From contig JBFRWN010000098.1 in assembly GCA_051439605.1 (NCBI GenBank), forward strand, positions 32,001 through 96,000: 64,000 nt of DNA, read 5' to 3'. Shown in pieces: positions 19,450 through 29,630 of the stretch. The DNA comes from Synechococcus sp. Lineage in GTDB: Bacteria > Cyanobacteriota > Cyanobacteriia > Thermostichales > PCC-7336. The stretch's first letter is position 1, and the number at the start of each line of letters is the position of its first letter. The notes beneath the pieces were generated by a model. It saw only the letters and a list, made by a program, of their open reading frames with translations, did not search any database and had not been told where the DNA came from. The position numbers were made by a program, and so were the translations under genes.

Positions 19450-20367
19450 ATGTGGGAACAAAGCATGAGATACGAGTTGCCAAAAAGCTATTCTGGGCGC
19501 GCTACCGTTAGCAATCGCCACATTACTCCGATGCCTCTGCCAGAAGAGGCCCAAAACAGATCCCCTTATCCCAATCAACCGGGTTATACCAGCCAATTGG
19601 AAACAATGACCCCTGAACGACTGGCATCCGCCCCTGAACCTCCTCTGCAACGCCTGCCGAAGAATGTGGTTCCAGCAGCCTACTACACTAAGCTGCTGGC
19701 TGAATACGAAAGCTGCACCCGGCAAAACAAGCAGTTGCGACAAACCCTCGAGCAACTTTTGGGGGACATTTCCAACATGCAAGCAAAATACGAGCAAGTC
19801 GTTGCAGAAGCTGTTGCTTCTCGTCCATCGCCCGCGCTCATTCGTCCACCCAGCCCTTCTTTTTACGCCAATAAAAAGGATGGTCAGTTGCATCAGCGTC
19901 AACCACGACCTGCGTTGGAGGCAATTTCACCCGCCCCGCAAGACAACAACCGCAACCTGACCAATTTCAATAAGGCCGATCTGAATAAGTTATTGCCAAG
20001 ACTCAGTTTTCTCAACCGATTGCGTCAGAGCGGGCGGCAATCTGCCCCTTCTCCACAACAATACGCACCACAGCAAGATGCATATCAGTTAGACGAGGTT
20101 AACAGCTTGAGCGATTTCCAAGGAGTGCAACCTTCCCCTGCCAACTTTTCTAGTCAGCAAGCAGGCGCTCAGGATATCGAATGCGATAGCCCCTACATGC
20201 GGGCTCGCGAAGAACAGGCCCAGAACGGTTCCCCACTATGGATATGGCTAGTGGCATGGCTACTGTTGCTGCCCGTGTCCGCAGGATTGGGCTACACCTT
20301 CGTACAGTGGATGGTGAATGCCGATGCTCCCACCCCCACGCCTAGCGTTATTCAGGAGGCAGAATAA
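19450..20367 (+). CDS. Hypothetical protein (Pro/Gln-rich, coiled-coil, C-terminal transmembrane helix)
   Basis: 305-aa ORF filling the gap before lysA; heptad-like stretch YTKLLAEYE...QVVAE; hydrophobic LWIWLVAWLLLLPVSAGLGYTFV. Confidence 0.7.
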   Translation: MWEQSMRYELPKSYSGRATVSNRHITPMPLPEEAQNRSPYPNQPGYTSQLETMTPERLASAPEPPLQRLPKNVVPAAYYTKLLAEYESCTRQNKQLRQTLEQLLGDISNMQAKYEQVVAEAVASRPSPALIRPPSPSFYANKKDGQLHQRQPRPALEAISPAPQDNNRNLTNFNKADLNKLLPRLSFLNRLRQSGRQSAPSPQQYAPQQDAYQLDEVNSLSDFQGVQPSPANFSSQQAGAQDIECDSPYMRAREEQAQNGSPLWIWLVAWLLLLPVSAGLGYTFVQWMVNADAPTPTPSVIQEAE

Positions 20368-20675
20368 CGGTTTGGGATCCCTATGGCTTAGAATGCCGAA
20401 GGATATGAAACACCTTATGAAAAAAGGAAACAGAGCTTTATCGCTGGAAGCTATCTGCTTGGACCAGAGAGCCCTCTTAATTTGAGCTTTTACGAGAGTA
20501 TGACCATCTGGGACAGTTGAGCCATCTGCTAGTCGGCAACTAACGCTCGAACTGTCTAGGTTTGAGGCGTCAGCGCTAAATCTTGGGTTACCCCTTACAC
20601 TAATGTGTATCGACGGCACTTGTGCCGAAATGTTACGCTGCCTCTGCTTAGCCCTACTCGTAGTCTGAAGTTCTC

Positions 20676-22046
20676 ATGGTTGCCTCCCCCATTCCTCAAA
20701 CGACCGGTCAGTCTCCCAATCAATCGTTGTATCCAGTCACCGCAGACATAAACGATGCAGGTCACTTGGAACTAGGAGGTTGTGATGTTGTGGAGTTAGC
20801 GCAAACCTACGGAACGCCCCTCTACATCGTTGACGAATCGACCATTCGGCAAACCTGTCGCAGTTACCTTGAGAGTTTCGAGCAGTTTTATAGCGACGAT
20901 CCAGATCGCGTGTTAGTTCTGTTCGCGTCTAAGGCGTGGAACTGCAAAGCTATTTGTGCCCTTGTCGCTCAAGAGGGCCTGGGCATTGATGTTGTCTCTG
21001 GCGGAGAGCTTTATACAGCGCTCCAAGCTGGTTTGACAGGCGATCGCATCTATCTACATGGCAACTATAAATCTGCCACTGAATTAGAAATGGCAGTAGA
21101 TGCAGACTGTACCGTAGTCGTGGACAATCTGTACGAGCTGCAGACCCTAGCCCAAATTGCTGGTTGCAAAAATAGGAATGTGCGGGTCATGCTGCGGGTG
21201 ACACCTGGTATTGAGTGCCATACTCACGAGTACATTAAAACCGGCCATATCGATAGCAAGTTCGGGTTCGACCCCAATCACCTAGAAGGGGTCTTCAAAC
21301 AACTCAGCCAACTCCCACTCATCAACTTCGTCGGTCTGCACGCTCACATTGGATCTCAAATCTTCGAACTTCAGCCCCACAACGATCTGGGCAATGTTCT
21401 CTGCCAGTTTTGGGTGAAAGCCCAGAGCTACGGCCTCAACCCCACCGAACTTAACGTCGGTGGCGGCCTAGGGATTCGCTACGTCGAGAGCGACGATCCC
21501 CCTTCGATACCCGAATGGGTCAAGTCCGTTTGTGAGGGGGTCAAGTCGAGCTTTACTCAGGCGGGGTTAGCTCTTCCTCGCCTACTGTGCGAGCCGGGCC
21601 GGTCCCTCGTGGGGCCATCCACCGTCACGGCTTATACCGCTGGGGGCAGCAAAGAAATTCCCAATATTCGCACTTACCTGACAGTGGATGGTGGCATGTC
21701 GGACAACCCACGTCCGATCACCTACCAAGCCCCTTATACCCCCGTCCTGGCCAACCGGCCCGAAGCCCCCGCAACACAAACCGTAACCGTCGCCGGTAAG
21801 CACTGTGAATCGGGTGACGTGCTGCTCAAAGACGTCGAAATGCCGGCGATCGCTCCGGGGGAAATTGTCGTCATTTTAGCCACTGGAGCCTACAACTACA
21901 GCATGGCCTCCAACTATAATCGCCTGCCTCGCCCCGCAGCTGTTCTGGTTCGCGAAGGTGCAGCAGACATCATCATCGAGAGGGAAACTTACGAAGACCT
22001 TTTACGTCAAGATGCTTTACCTTCCCGTTTGACCCCCGCCGACTAA
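20676..22046 (+). CDS. lysA: Diaminopimelate decarboxylase
   Basis: FASKA, DVVSGGEL, HAHIGSQI, NVGGGLG, EPGRSLVG, GKHCESGD, GAYNYSMASNYN. Confidence 0.96.
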   Translation: MVASPIPQTTGQSPNQSLYPVTADINDAGHLELGGCDVVELAQTYGTPLYIVDESTIRQTCRSYLESFEQFYSDDPDRVLVLFASKAWNCKAICALVAQEGLGIDVVSGGELYTALQAGLTGDRIYLHGNYKSATELEMAVDADCTVVVDNLYELQTLAQIAGCKNRNVRVMLRVTPGIECHTHEYIKTGHIDSKFGFDPNHLEGVFKQLSQLPLINFVGLHAHIGSQIFELQPHNDLGNVLCQFWVKAQSYGLNPTELNVGGGLGIRYVESDDPPSIPEWVKSVCEGVKSSFTQAGLALPRLLCEPGRSLVGPSTVTAYTAGGSKEIPNIRTYLTVDGGMSDNPRPITYQAPYTPVLANRPEAPATQTVTVAGKHCESGDVLLKDVEMPAIAPGEIVVILATGAYNYSMASNYNRLPRPAAVLVREGAADIIIERETYEDLLRQDALPSRLTPAD

Positions 22047-22063
22047 GAGTAAGGACCTCGCCC

Positions 22064-22972
22064 ATGTTCGGGGCTTTGACAACATGGCTGCAATCGCTCA
22101 TTGGTGAGATCTCCGCATCAGTTTTGCTGGACTGGGGATTGGTGATACTCCTAATAGGCTTTGCACTCTACGCTACGCGAAGTACGCGTGCCGTTTGGCT
22201 TGTACGCGGCTACGTTGTCCTGCTCATGCTGGCTTCCCTAACCCGTCCCCTCGAGTTGCTGCATCAAGTCCTGAATGGAGTGCTGATTGGGGCGGCAGTT
22301 GCTTTGGCAGTATTATTTCAACCCGAACTTCGCAAAATGCTCGAGCAATTGGGGCGGGGAGATTGGTTTGAGTTTTTACCAGTGTTGATTAAGCCTTCAA
22401 CCGCGAATAGCAACCGCCGCACCGAGAATGCCCTCGACGAATTAATTCTAGCGGTAAAAGATTTGTCTAAAAACCGCACGGGTGCCCTGGTCGTGATCGA
22501 GCTTGAACAGGCGATCGATCCCCGCATCTTTACCGATGTAGGAGTTGAAATTCAAGGGCAAGTCTCAAAAGAACTCCTCCAAACAATTTTTCAGACATCC
22601 ACCCTTTTACATGATGGCGCTGTCCTAATCTCTAGCGATCGCATCAAGGCTGCTGGAGTAATTTTGCCCGTATCAGAACGGGTAGCATCCCGTCAGTTGG
22701 GGACTCGACACCGAGCAGCCATGGGGATTACCGAACAGGCCACCTGCTTGTGTATTGTAGTTTCTGAAGAAACAGGTTCAATTTCCCTGGCCGAAGCAGG
22801 CCGTCTTCAACGTCCCCTCACAAGCTCTATGCTGAGAGATGCCCTGGTCCAGCGGTTGCGCCCAAAACGGGAACCCAGCCGCGGTGCCTCTTCTTGGTCA
22901 GGTTGGGCCAACAACTTAGCAGGTTCATCGCGTCGTTTTATTACTGCACTGCAGGAAAGGCTGTCTAAATAA
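22064..22972 (+). CDS. cdaA: Diadenylate cyclase CdaA/DacA
   Basis: N-terminal transmembrane helices, [27 protein letters not shown]; conserved lysA-cdaA-uppS order. Confidence 0.93.
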   Translation: MFGALTTWLQSLIGEISASVLLDWGLVILLIGFALYATRSTRAVWLVRGYVVLLMLASLTRPLELLHQVLNGVLIGAAVALAVLFQPELRKMLEQLGRGDWFEFLPVLIKPSTANSNRRTENALDELILAVKDLSKNRTGALVVIELEQAIDPRIFTDVGVEIQGQVSKELLQTIFQTSTLLHDGAVLISSDRIKAAGVILPVSERVASRQLGTRHRAAMGITEQATCLCIVVSEETGSISLAEAGRLQRPLTSSMLRDALVQRLRPKREPSRGASSWSGWANNLAGSSRRFITALQERLSK

Positions 22973-23721
22973 TGACTGCAACCTCCGGCTTACTCACCCA
23001 GCTACCCATCGATTTGGATACAGCCGCGTTGCCCCGACACGTTGCTGCAATCATGGATGGCAACGGTCGCTGGGCCCAACAGCAGAAGCTGCCAAGAGTC
23101 ATGGGACATCGAAAGGGGGTTGATGCCCTCAAGGACCTATTGCGCTGTTGCAAAGATTGGGGAATTCCAGCACTAACGGTCTACGCCTTTTCAACCGAGA
23201 ATTGGGGACGGCCGCTGGATGAAGTGGATTTCTTGATGGTGCTATTCGAACGCATGCTTAGGGCCGAGTTAGCAGAACTCATCCGTGAAGATGTGCGCAT
23301 TCGGTTTGTCGGCAATCTGGATCGCCTCAGGACTTCTCTAAAAGAAGAAATTTCTGGTGCCATGGCTGCAACAGCAGCCAATCAAGGGGTACAGTTTACT
23401 GTCGCCATGAACTATGGCAGTCGGGAAGAGATCGTACGGGCTTGTCGCCGATTAGCGAACCAAGTCAAGGATGGCACGATCGCCCCCGAGGAGATCACCG
23501 AAGAACTCTTTGCCCGCCACCTCTATACCCACGAACTGCAAGATCCTGACTTGTTGATACGCACCAGTGGGGAGCAGAGGCTCAGTAACTATTTGCTATG
23601 GCAGATGGCCTACACCGAGCAGTATTTCACCTCTACCCTTTGGCCTGACTTCGATCGCGCGGCCTTCCACCAAGCTCTACTCAGCTATCAACAGCGCCAC
23701 CGCCGGTTCGGAAAACTGTAG
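22972..23721 (+). CDS. uppS: Undecaprenyl diphosphate synthase / isoprenyl transferase
   Basis: [44 protein letters not shown]. Confidence 0.96.
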   Translation: MTATSGLLTQLPIDLDTAALPRHVAAIMDGNGRWAQQQKLPRVMGHRKGVDALKDLLRCCKDWGIPALTVYAFSTENWGRPLDEVDFLMVLFERMLRAELAELIREDVRIRFVGNLDRLRTSLKEEISGAMAATAANQGVQFTVAMNYGSREEIVRACRRLANQVKDGTIAPEEITEELFARHLYTHELQDPDLLIRTSGEQRLSNYLLWQMAYTEQYFTSTLWPDFDRAAFHQALLSYQQRHRRFGKL

Positions 23722-24144
23722 AGACCACCAACAGGTCTACACTGAAGACCCATCCAGCCATCGCAGGAGCAAGCAAGACCTGCAGAAGTAGGGAGGTACA
23801 TGGGAGACCTTCTCGATAGCCAAGTCGGTTATGGGTCGATCGTTAGCACGTGCAGGATTTAAGAATGCTTTGGGTCCAGTAATTTTGGCAGCCATATGGC
23901 TCGGCCTCACTCTACATGCCTTTTTCGCCAGTTTTTTGCCCTTACAGAATGCCGGTAGATACCGAGCTTTTGTCCGCATTGACTGCAATACAGCTTGTTG
24001 AGAACAATAATAAGTTGTTTCCCCATAAATGCCAGCAGTCGCCAAACAGCATGAGAAACTTTGATATGGGGTGAATGTCAAGTGATAATCTCGATATCAA
24101 TTCTACGTACTACATATATCTCTGCGACAAGGGAGAAAACTGTT

Positions 24145-24573
24145 ATGAGAAACCATTGGCTTGCGGGTCTATCTCGCCTTTGCAAAGCAACCCTAACCTT
24201 TATCGTTGGCCTCAGTCTCGTCTGCAACCTAGCGGCCCCTGCTTTTGCCCAGGAAGAAGCAGCGGCCCCTGCAGCCAAAGCTGAAGTTACTGAAGTTGAC
24301 GGTGTTCCCGTTATCGATTTGGAACCAAAGCTCGATCTAAACTACGCAATGTTGCGCCGTTTTCGCGAGCTACCTGGTTTTTACCCTACTTTGGGTCAAA
24401 AAATTCTTAAGGCCGTGCCTTTCGACTCTGTTGAGGATCTCCTTGAGATGGATGGCTTAACTGAAAAGCAGGTTCGACTCCTCAAAGCCAACTTCAAAAA
24501 CTTTGTTGTTGGGGAATATGACGAAGGAGCCAATGACTTTGAAACCCGACTAAACAAGGGCTTCTACGACTAG
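24145..24573 (+). CDS. psbU: Photosystem II extrinsic 12-kDa protein PsbU
   Basis: Signal peptide ending APAFA; KLDLN...FRELPGFYPTL...PFDSVEDLL...GLTEKQ...RLNKGFYD; GGGAG upstream of ATG at 24145. Confidence 0.88.
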   Translation: MRNHWLAGLSRLCKATLTFIVGLSLVCNLAAPAFAQEEAAAPAAKAEVTEVDGVPVIDLEPKLDLNYAMLRRFRELPGFYPTLGQKILKAVPFDSVEDLLEMDGLTEKQVRLLKANFKNFVVGEYDEGANDFETRLNKGFYD

Positions 24574-24603
24574 TGCCGGTCGTTATCAATCATCCTGAAT
24601 TCC

Positions 24604-24637
24604 AACCGGGGTAGCGATGGTGCCACCCCGGTTTTTG
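24604..24637 (+). terminator. Intrinsic terminator of psbU
   Basis: AACCGGGGT...ACCCCGGTT stem followed by a T run. Confidence 0.7.
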
Positions 24638-24703
24638 TTAATGTCGAGAACGGCTAGCCAATCAAGGGATGGGTAACGCCAGAGAACATTTAGGGCGAAT
24701 GGT

Positions 24704-25201
24704 ATGGTGCGAGAGCAGATATCGGTACTTGCACTGGATGTGGGAGATCGCCGCATTGGCGTTGCCGGCTGTGACGGCATGGGCCTGATAGCCACCGGAC
24801 TCACCACCATCCATCGCCAAAGCTTCAAAGTCGACATTGAAGCTTTGCGCCAGCTAGTAGTGGAACGACAAGCCCAACGATTTGTGGTGGGATTGCCCTT
24901 CAATATGGATGGCAGCTTGGGGTCCCAGGCGCGCAAGGTCAAAAAGTTTATGAGATCTGTGGTCAAACACATTCCATTACCAGTGGACTACGTGGATGAA
25001 CGCCTCACCACCGTCCAAGCACGTTGGAATCTCAAAGCTGCGGGCATTAAGCTGGGACAATCCAATAAGGGGCTGATAGACCGCGAAGCTGCCGCAGCCA
25101 TTCTTCAGCAGTGGCTCGAACAACGTAGGCTGCAACAAGAACGAGAACAAGCTGTAAATCCAATCCCGGAAGATTCTGGAACGGGTACCGCGTCACAGTA
25201 G
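24704..25201 (+). CDS. ruvX: RuvX/YqgF pre-16S rRNA nuclease
   Basis: LALDVGDRRIGVA, VVGLP, DERLTT, IDREAAAAILQQWL. Confidence 0.93.
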   Translation: MVREQISVLALDVGDRRIGVAGCDGMGLIATGLTTIHRQSFKVDIEALRQLVVERQAQRFVVGLPFNMDGSLGSQARKVKKFMRSVVKHIPLPVDYVDERLTTVQARWNLKAAGIKLGQSNKGLIDREAAAAILQQWLEQRRLQQEREQAVNPIPEDSGTGTASQ

Positions 25202-25230
25202 ACTGTTTTTGAGTATATTTGCCGGCGTTT

Positions 25231-25770
25231 ATGAGTGACACGCTGCTTCTACGCGATGAACTGAACCACACTCTCGAATGCGAGATCCTCAAGCTAGTCG
25301 ACCTTGAAAGCGAAGACTACGCTTTGCTCATGCCTGTTCACCAACCGGTACAGATTTTGGCATGGGAGGAGGGTGAGTCAGAGGAAGACGACGACGAGGG
25401 AGGGTTGATCGATCTTGAAGAAGGCGAACTAGAAGCTGTATTTGCCACAGCACAAGCAGTCCTGGGAGAACTGAATCTCAAGCTCCGTCTCAGCGCCTAC
25501 ACGCTGACAGTAGAGGGAGATCTGCCCGAACCCATTGAGGAAACGGCGATCGAAATCGCCAATGGGGAAGACGAAGAAGATATCGAGGAATATCAATTAC
25601 TGGCAACGTTTTTCCATGAAGAGTGTCAGTTTGGTGTCTTTGCCCCTCTGGATCCCCTATTATTTTTTGCCTCGCAGCCTAACGGTTCTAACCCATCTCT
25701 CGTTTCCCCAGAAGATGACGAAGTGTTATTTTCGCGCCTTCAAGATCGATTGTTAGATTTAGCGGAATAA
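25231..25770 (+). CDS. DUF3727/DUF1292 acidic protein
   Basis: AQAVLGELNLKLRLSAYTLTVEG, FGVFAPLDPLLFFA; conserved ruvX-DUF3727-mltG-yqeG context. Confidence 0.8.
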   Translation: MSDTLLLRDELNHTLECEILKLVDLESEDYALLMPVHQPVQILAWEEGESEEDDDEGGLIDLEEGELEAVFATAQAVLGELNLKLRLSAYTLTVEGDLPEPIEETAIEIANGEDEEDIEEYQLLATFFHEECQFGVFAPLDPLLFFASQPNGSNPSLVSPEDDEVLFSRLQDRLLDLAE

Positions 25771-25893
25771 CTCATGCCCTCTTACCCCCCTAAAGCTTGG
25801 ACGTTGCGACGAGCTGAAACTGATGCCAGGATAAATGGGGAAAAATGTAACCAGCAAAGCTGGAAAAATGTAACCAGCACGGGAGGTTAAGTC

Positions 25894-26958
25894 GTGGGTT
25901 GGGTGCGCAACTGCATCAGGCTAGTGCTTGCAACAGGGATTGTCGCCAGCACAGCAGCGGTTGGAGGCTGGTACGGCTGGCGTCGACTGTCAGCGCCGGT
26001 CGTTGACCCTGCTTCAGATGCGTCTACTATTCGCATCACTATTGAACCTGGCAGCAACCTGCGGGACATTAGCCAGCAACTGCAGGCAGAGGGGGTTTTG
26101 CGTTCAGCTGCATCACTGGAACTGTGGATGCGTCTGAAGGATTTGGAGCCGAAGGCAGGTTCGTTCAATTTCGATCCCCGCTTAAGGACTCCTGAAATTG
26201 CAGCAGTGCTTCATGACGGGAGAGGAGTAGGCATCCAGTTCACGATTCCTGAGGGCTGGAGATTGACCCAAATGGCCGCCTACTTTGCTGACCTCGACTG
26301 GTTCTCTACCGAAGAGTTTCTTACCGCCGCCGAGCCAAAGAATTGGACTCAATATGAGTGGCTCCCCGCCAATCTTCCCCATCTAGAGGGGTGGTTGTTT
26401 CCCGACACCTATCAAATTTCGCCCGATCGCCGCACTCCTGAGGCCGCGATCGCCCGCATGCTAAAGAAATTTGAAACCACAGCACTGCCGTTATACCAAG
26501 ACTATGTAGCTAGTCACCCCAATCCCAAACTGACCCTGTTAGAGTGGGTTACTCTATCCAGCATTGTGGAGAAAGAGGCCGTATTGCCTGCAGAGCGTCC
26601 TGAGATTGCGGGGGTTTTCAGCAATCGACTCGTACGCGGCATTCCTCTGGGTTCCGATCCCACTGTGGAATATGCCTTTAACATCACCCAAACCCCCGAT
26701 CGGCGTTTAACCTACGAAGAAGTGGGGCGTCCATCCCCTTATAATACTTACGTCACAGCCGGCTTACCACCAACAGCGATCGCCAGTCCCGGCCTTGCTA
26801 GCCTCACAGCCACCCTATCGCCCGCAACTACAGACAACCTATACTTTGTCGCCCGCTACGATGGTAGCCACGTCTTTAGCAAAACCTACGAACAGCATCT
26901 GGCAGCCCAAAGGGAAATCGTTCGAGAACACCAACTCAAACCCAATGGCTCGGAATAA
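25894..26958 (+). CDS. mltG: Endolytic transglycosylase MltG
   Basis: FTIPEGW, LEGWLFPDTY, LSSIVEKEA, VFSNRL...LGSDPTV, SPYNTY...GLPPTAIASPG, LYFVA. Confidence 0.95.
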   Translation: MGWVRNCIRLVLATGIVASTAAVGGWYGWRRLSAPVVDPASDASTIRITIEPGSNLRDISQQLQAEGVLRSAASLELWMRLKDLEPKAGSFNFDPRLRTPEIAAVLHDGRGVGIQFTIPEGWRLTQMAAYFADLDWFSTEEFLTAAEPKNWTQYEWLPANLPHLEGWLFPDTYQISPDRRTPEAAIARMLKKFETTALPLYQDYVASHPNPKLTLLEWVTLSSIVEKEAVLPAERPEIAGVFSNRLVRGIPLGSDPTVEYAFNITQTPDRRLTYEEVGRPSPYNTYVTAGLPPTAIASPGLASLTATLSPATTDNLYFVARYDGSHVFSKTYEQHLAAQREIVREHQLKPNGSE

Positions 26959-27171
26959 CAGAGCGACAGTATAAGGCAGACTATTCCTGTTGTTATATTC
27001 ACAGAGTGGGGCAATTGCCTGCCAGGTAGACTAAACTTCGAGCCGAGCCATAACGGCATCCAGGCGATTCTATAGGGGTTCTTTGATCTCCACAATGACA
27101 GCTAGAGGCCAAATAGACTCATCCACTCGAGATAATACACCCTATCCACCGTTACAATCAGCTAAGGACTC

Positions 27172-27714
27172 ATGTTGAGCAGCACCATGGCAGGTTCCCG
27201 AATCACCCATTGGATTCAGCTGTTGCAGCCGGATATTGTTGTGGGCGGTCCAGCAACCGATCTCTCCCCAGAAATTTTTCAGGCGAGGGGAATTCGGGGA
27301 CTGATTCTGGATATCGACAACACCATAGTCCCCACCACTAGGCCAGAGGCAACAACCGAGGTCAAATCATGGCTAGAAGAAATGCAAAATGCATTTCCCA
27401 TTTGGCTGGTGAGCAATAATTGGAATGCCAGCCGCATACGCCGGATTGCGATAGACTCCAATTTGCCCCATATCAGCCGAGCGGGGAAACCCTCGCGGCG
27501 GGCCCTGAGAAAAGCAGCCGAAGAGATGCAACTCCCTCCACCCGAGATTGCTGTGGTCGGAGATCGCATCTTTACCGACGTGATTGGCGGCAATCGCCTG
27601 GGCATGCTGACGACCTTTGTCGATCCCGTAGAACCTACTCTGCGACGGCCGCAGTTCTCCCTCGAAAGGCTCTTTTCATTGGCTTGGGGGATAAATCTAA
27701 AGAAAACATTATGA
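27172..27714 (+). CDS. YqeG family HAD IIIA phosphatase
   Basis: GLILDIDNTI, LVSNN, AGKPS, VVGDRIFTDVIGGNRLG. Confidence 0.9.
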   Translation: MLSSTMAGSRITHWIQLLQPDIVVGGPATDLSPEIFQARGIRGLILDIDNTIVPTTRPEATTEVKSWLEEMQNAFPIWLVSNNWNASRIRRIAIDSNLPHISRAGKPSRRALRKAAEEMQLPPPEIAVVGDRIFTDVIGGNRLGMLTTFVDPVEPTLRRPQFSLERLFSLAWGINLKKTL

Positions 27715-27820
27715 TTACAAGAACTCACTATAATCTCTGCAACTATTTCCTTAGCTTATATGGAGCCAAATTCTTAAAGAGGCTCTAAACGTTCAATATT
27801 CTTCTGTATAAATCGCTTAC

Positions 27821-27850
27821 GTGACCCCTCCTGAGTTCAGGAGGGGTTAT
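27821..27850. repeat. 30-bp imperfect palindrome (copy 1)
   Basis: GTGACCCCTCCTGAGTTCAGGAGGGGTTAT; related to the copy at 29601-29630. Confidence 0.8.
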
Positions 27851-28310
27851 TTATGTCGACCGTCCAGTCGCTTAGAACATTTCAGAGATACCAGAGCCCT
27901 GACTAGGAATACCGTCAGTTCGTTAGTATTGGCCTCTAATAAACGTGAGCGGAATGTGAACGAAAATGATGTAGGCATTCGAGGCTCTTGTCCCCCTTTC
28001 CCGAGTCGGGAGAAGGGAATCGATCTCAGGCGGACTAGATCTTTCTGTCCGAACTGAAATGGCCATAGCTATGTTTGGCGTCACAGTTTTTTTTGCAATC
28101 AAGATCACCGAGTCAAGATCAATTCTTCTGAATCACCGCGTAAGGGGTTTAAACGAGCGCATACTGTCCGCACCTGTTATTAGCGTGCCTATCACGAGTC
28201 CCTCACCGAGCTTCATTTGCTCCTGCAGGTCCACAAGAAGCCAAGTTAGCAACTTATAACCATCAACCAGCGTAAGCAGTCCAGGGTAGAAAAAAGACAC
28301 TAAATTTAGA

Positions 28311-29447
28311 TATGTAAAGGTTTGCTTGAGGAGTAATTGTATTTATGGGAGCACGAATGAGAGTGTTTCTGACCCCAGCTGAAGAGCGAACCCTGTGGGA
28401 GCTGAGAAAAGCCACCACCGTCATCCAGAGAGTCAAAGACCGCGCTGAAGCCGTACGCTTGAGTCATCAAGGCTGGTATGTGGAGAAAATTGCCGCCCAT
28501 CTCCACTGGCACATTAGTACAGTCAGGACAACCCTCAAACGTTGGCAGGATAGAGGATTAGGAGGTCTCTGGGATGCTCCAGGACGAGGAAAAGAGCGTA
28601 CCTGGCAAGAGGAAGACATCGTTTATCTAGAGAATTGCCTACGGGAAGAGGAGAGAACCTACAACAGCGCGCAGCTGGCGGAGAAACTCAAGTGCGAGCG
28701 TGGTGTGAGTCTGAGTCCCGATCACCTACGCCAGATCCTCAAAAAAAGGGTGTGATTTGGAAGCGCACCCGACAAAGTCACCGGCAGCGACAAGACTCTG
28801 AACAATGCGCCATCAAGCAAGCCGACTTGGAGATGTTAGAGATGGCGGCAGCAGTGGGGGAGATTGATTTGCTCTACGGCGATGAGTCCAGTTGCTGCTT
28901 GTGGAGTGCCGCCAGTTACAGCTACTATTTCCGCGGCGAGCAGAAGCGGCAAGAGCAGACCCAGAAGCGGGGTCGACGACTCAGCATTATGGGCTTGTGG
29001 CAGCCCTTCATGAGCTTTGTTTTCAGCTTGGTGTTGGGTGGATTCAAAAGCCCAGACTTCATCGCCATGATGGACGAGCAGGCGCGCGTTGCGGCTGATG
29101 CCTTCCAGCGCACGGGTCGGATTCGCGTGATTGTCCTGGACAATGGCTCGATCCACACCAGCAAGGCAGCGACAGCTAAGCTCTCGGAATGGCAAGCTCA
29201 GGGCCTTTACCTCTTCTTCTTGCCACCCTATTGCTCGGAGATGAACCCAATTGAACTGGAATGGGAGCATCTCAAGCGCGATGAGCTGGTTGGCCAGATG
29301 TTTGAGTCGGAACAGGAGTTGGCTTGCCACGTGGTCTTTGGACTTGAAGCTCGGGGCGAGCGGAATTGTCATACGGCTGAATATGTCAACCTTCGTCCAT
29401 CGCAAAAATGCGTTACATAGTTCGTTATTTCTTGCCTGGCCTACTTA
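28311..29447 (+). mobile_element. IS630-family insertion sequence
   Basis: Two overlapping ORFs (HTH and DDE) joined at an A7 run; TA at both inferred ends (TATGTAAAGG... / ...GGCCTACTTA). Terminal inverted repeats are weak, so the ends are approximate. Confidence 0.85.
28345..29420 (+). CDS. IS630-family transposase expressed via a -1 frameshift (orfA 28345-28755, orfB to 29420)
   Basis: orfA HTH (VKDRAEAVRLSHQGW...GLWDAPGRG); orfB DDE triad YGDES / VLDNGSIH / LPPYCSEMNPIELEW; AAAAAAAGGG at 28741-28750. Confidence 0.9.
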
Positions 29448-29600
29448 CAAGTAATTACAGAGCCCAAAGGATTATGAAGAAAATATTACGTATTCAATCG
29501 ATCCCGCACAAAATCTGGCAATGTAATAGGTGTTGAAACGGAACCGCCACGATATATAAGGTTCTGACCATAAATCCCCTGAGGATATATTCCTTCGCAA

Positions 29601-29630
29601 GTAACTCCTTCCGAATTCGGAAGGAGTTAC
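29601..29630. repeat. 30-bp perfect palindrome (copy 2)
   Basis: GTAACTCCTTCCGAATTCGGAAGGAGTTAC is its own reverse complement. Confidence 0.9.

Noticed and set aside
27821..29630. Palindromes as CRISPR repeats or integron attC sites
   Set aside because: Only two copies 1.8 kb apart, with no spacers or cas genes; too short for attC, lacking RYYYAAC/GTTRRRY boxes, and no integrase present.
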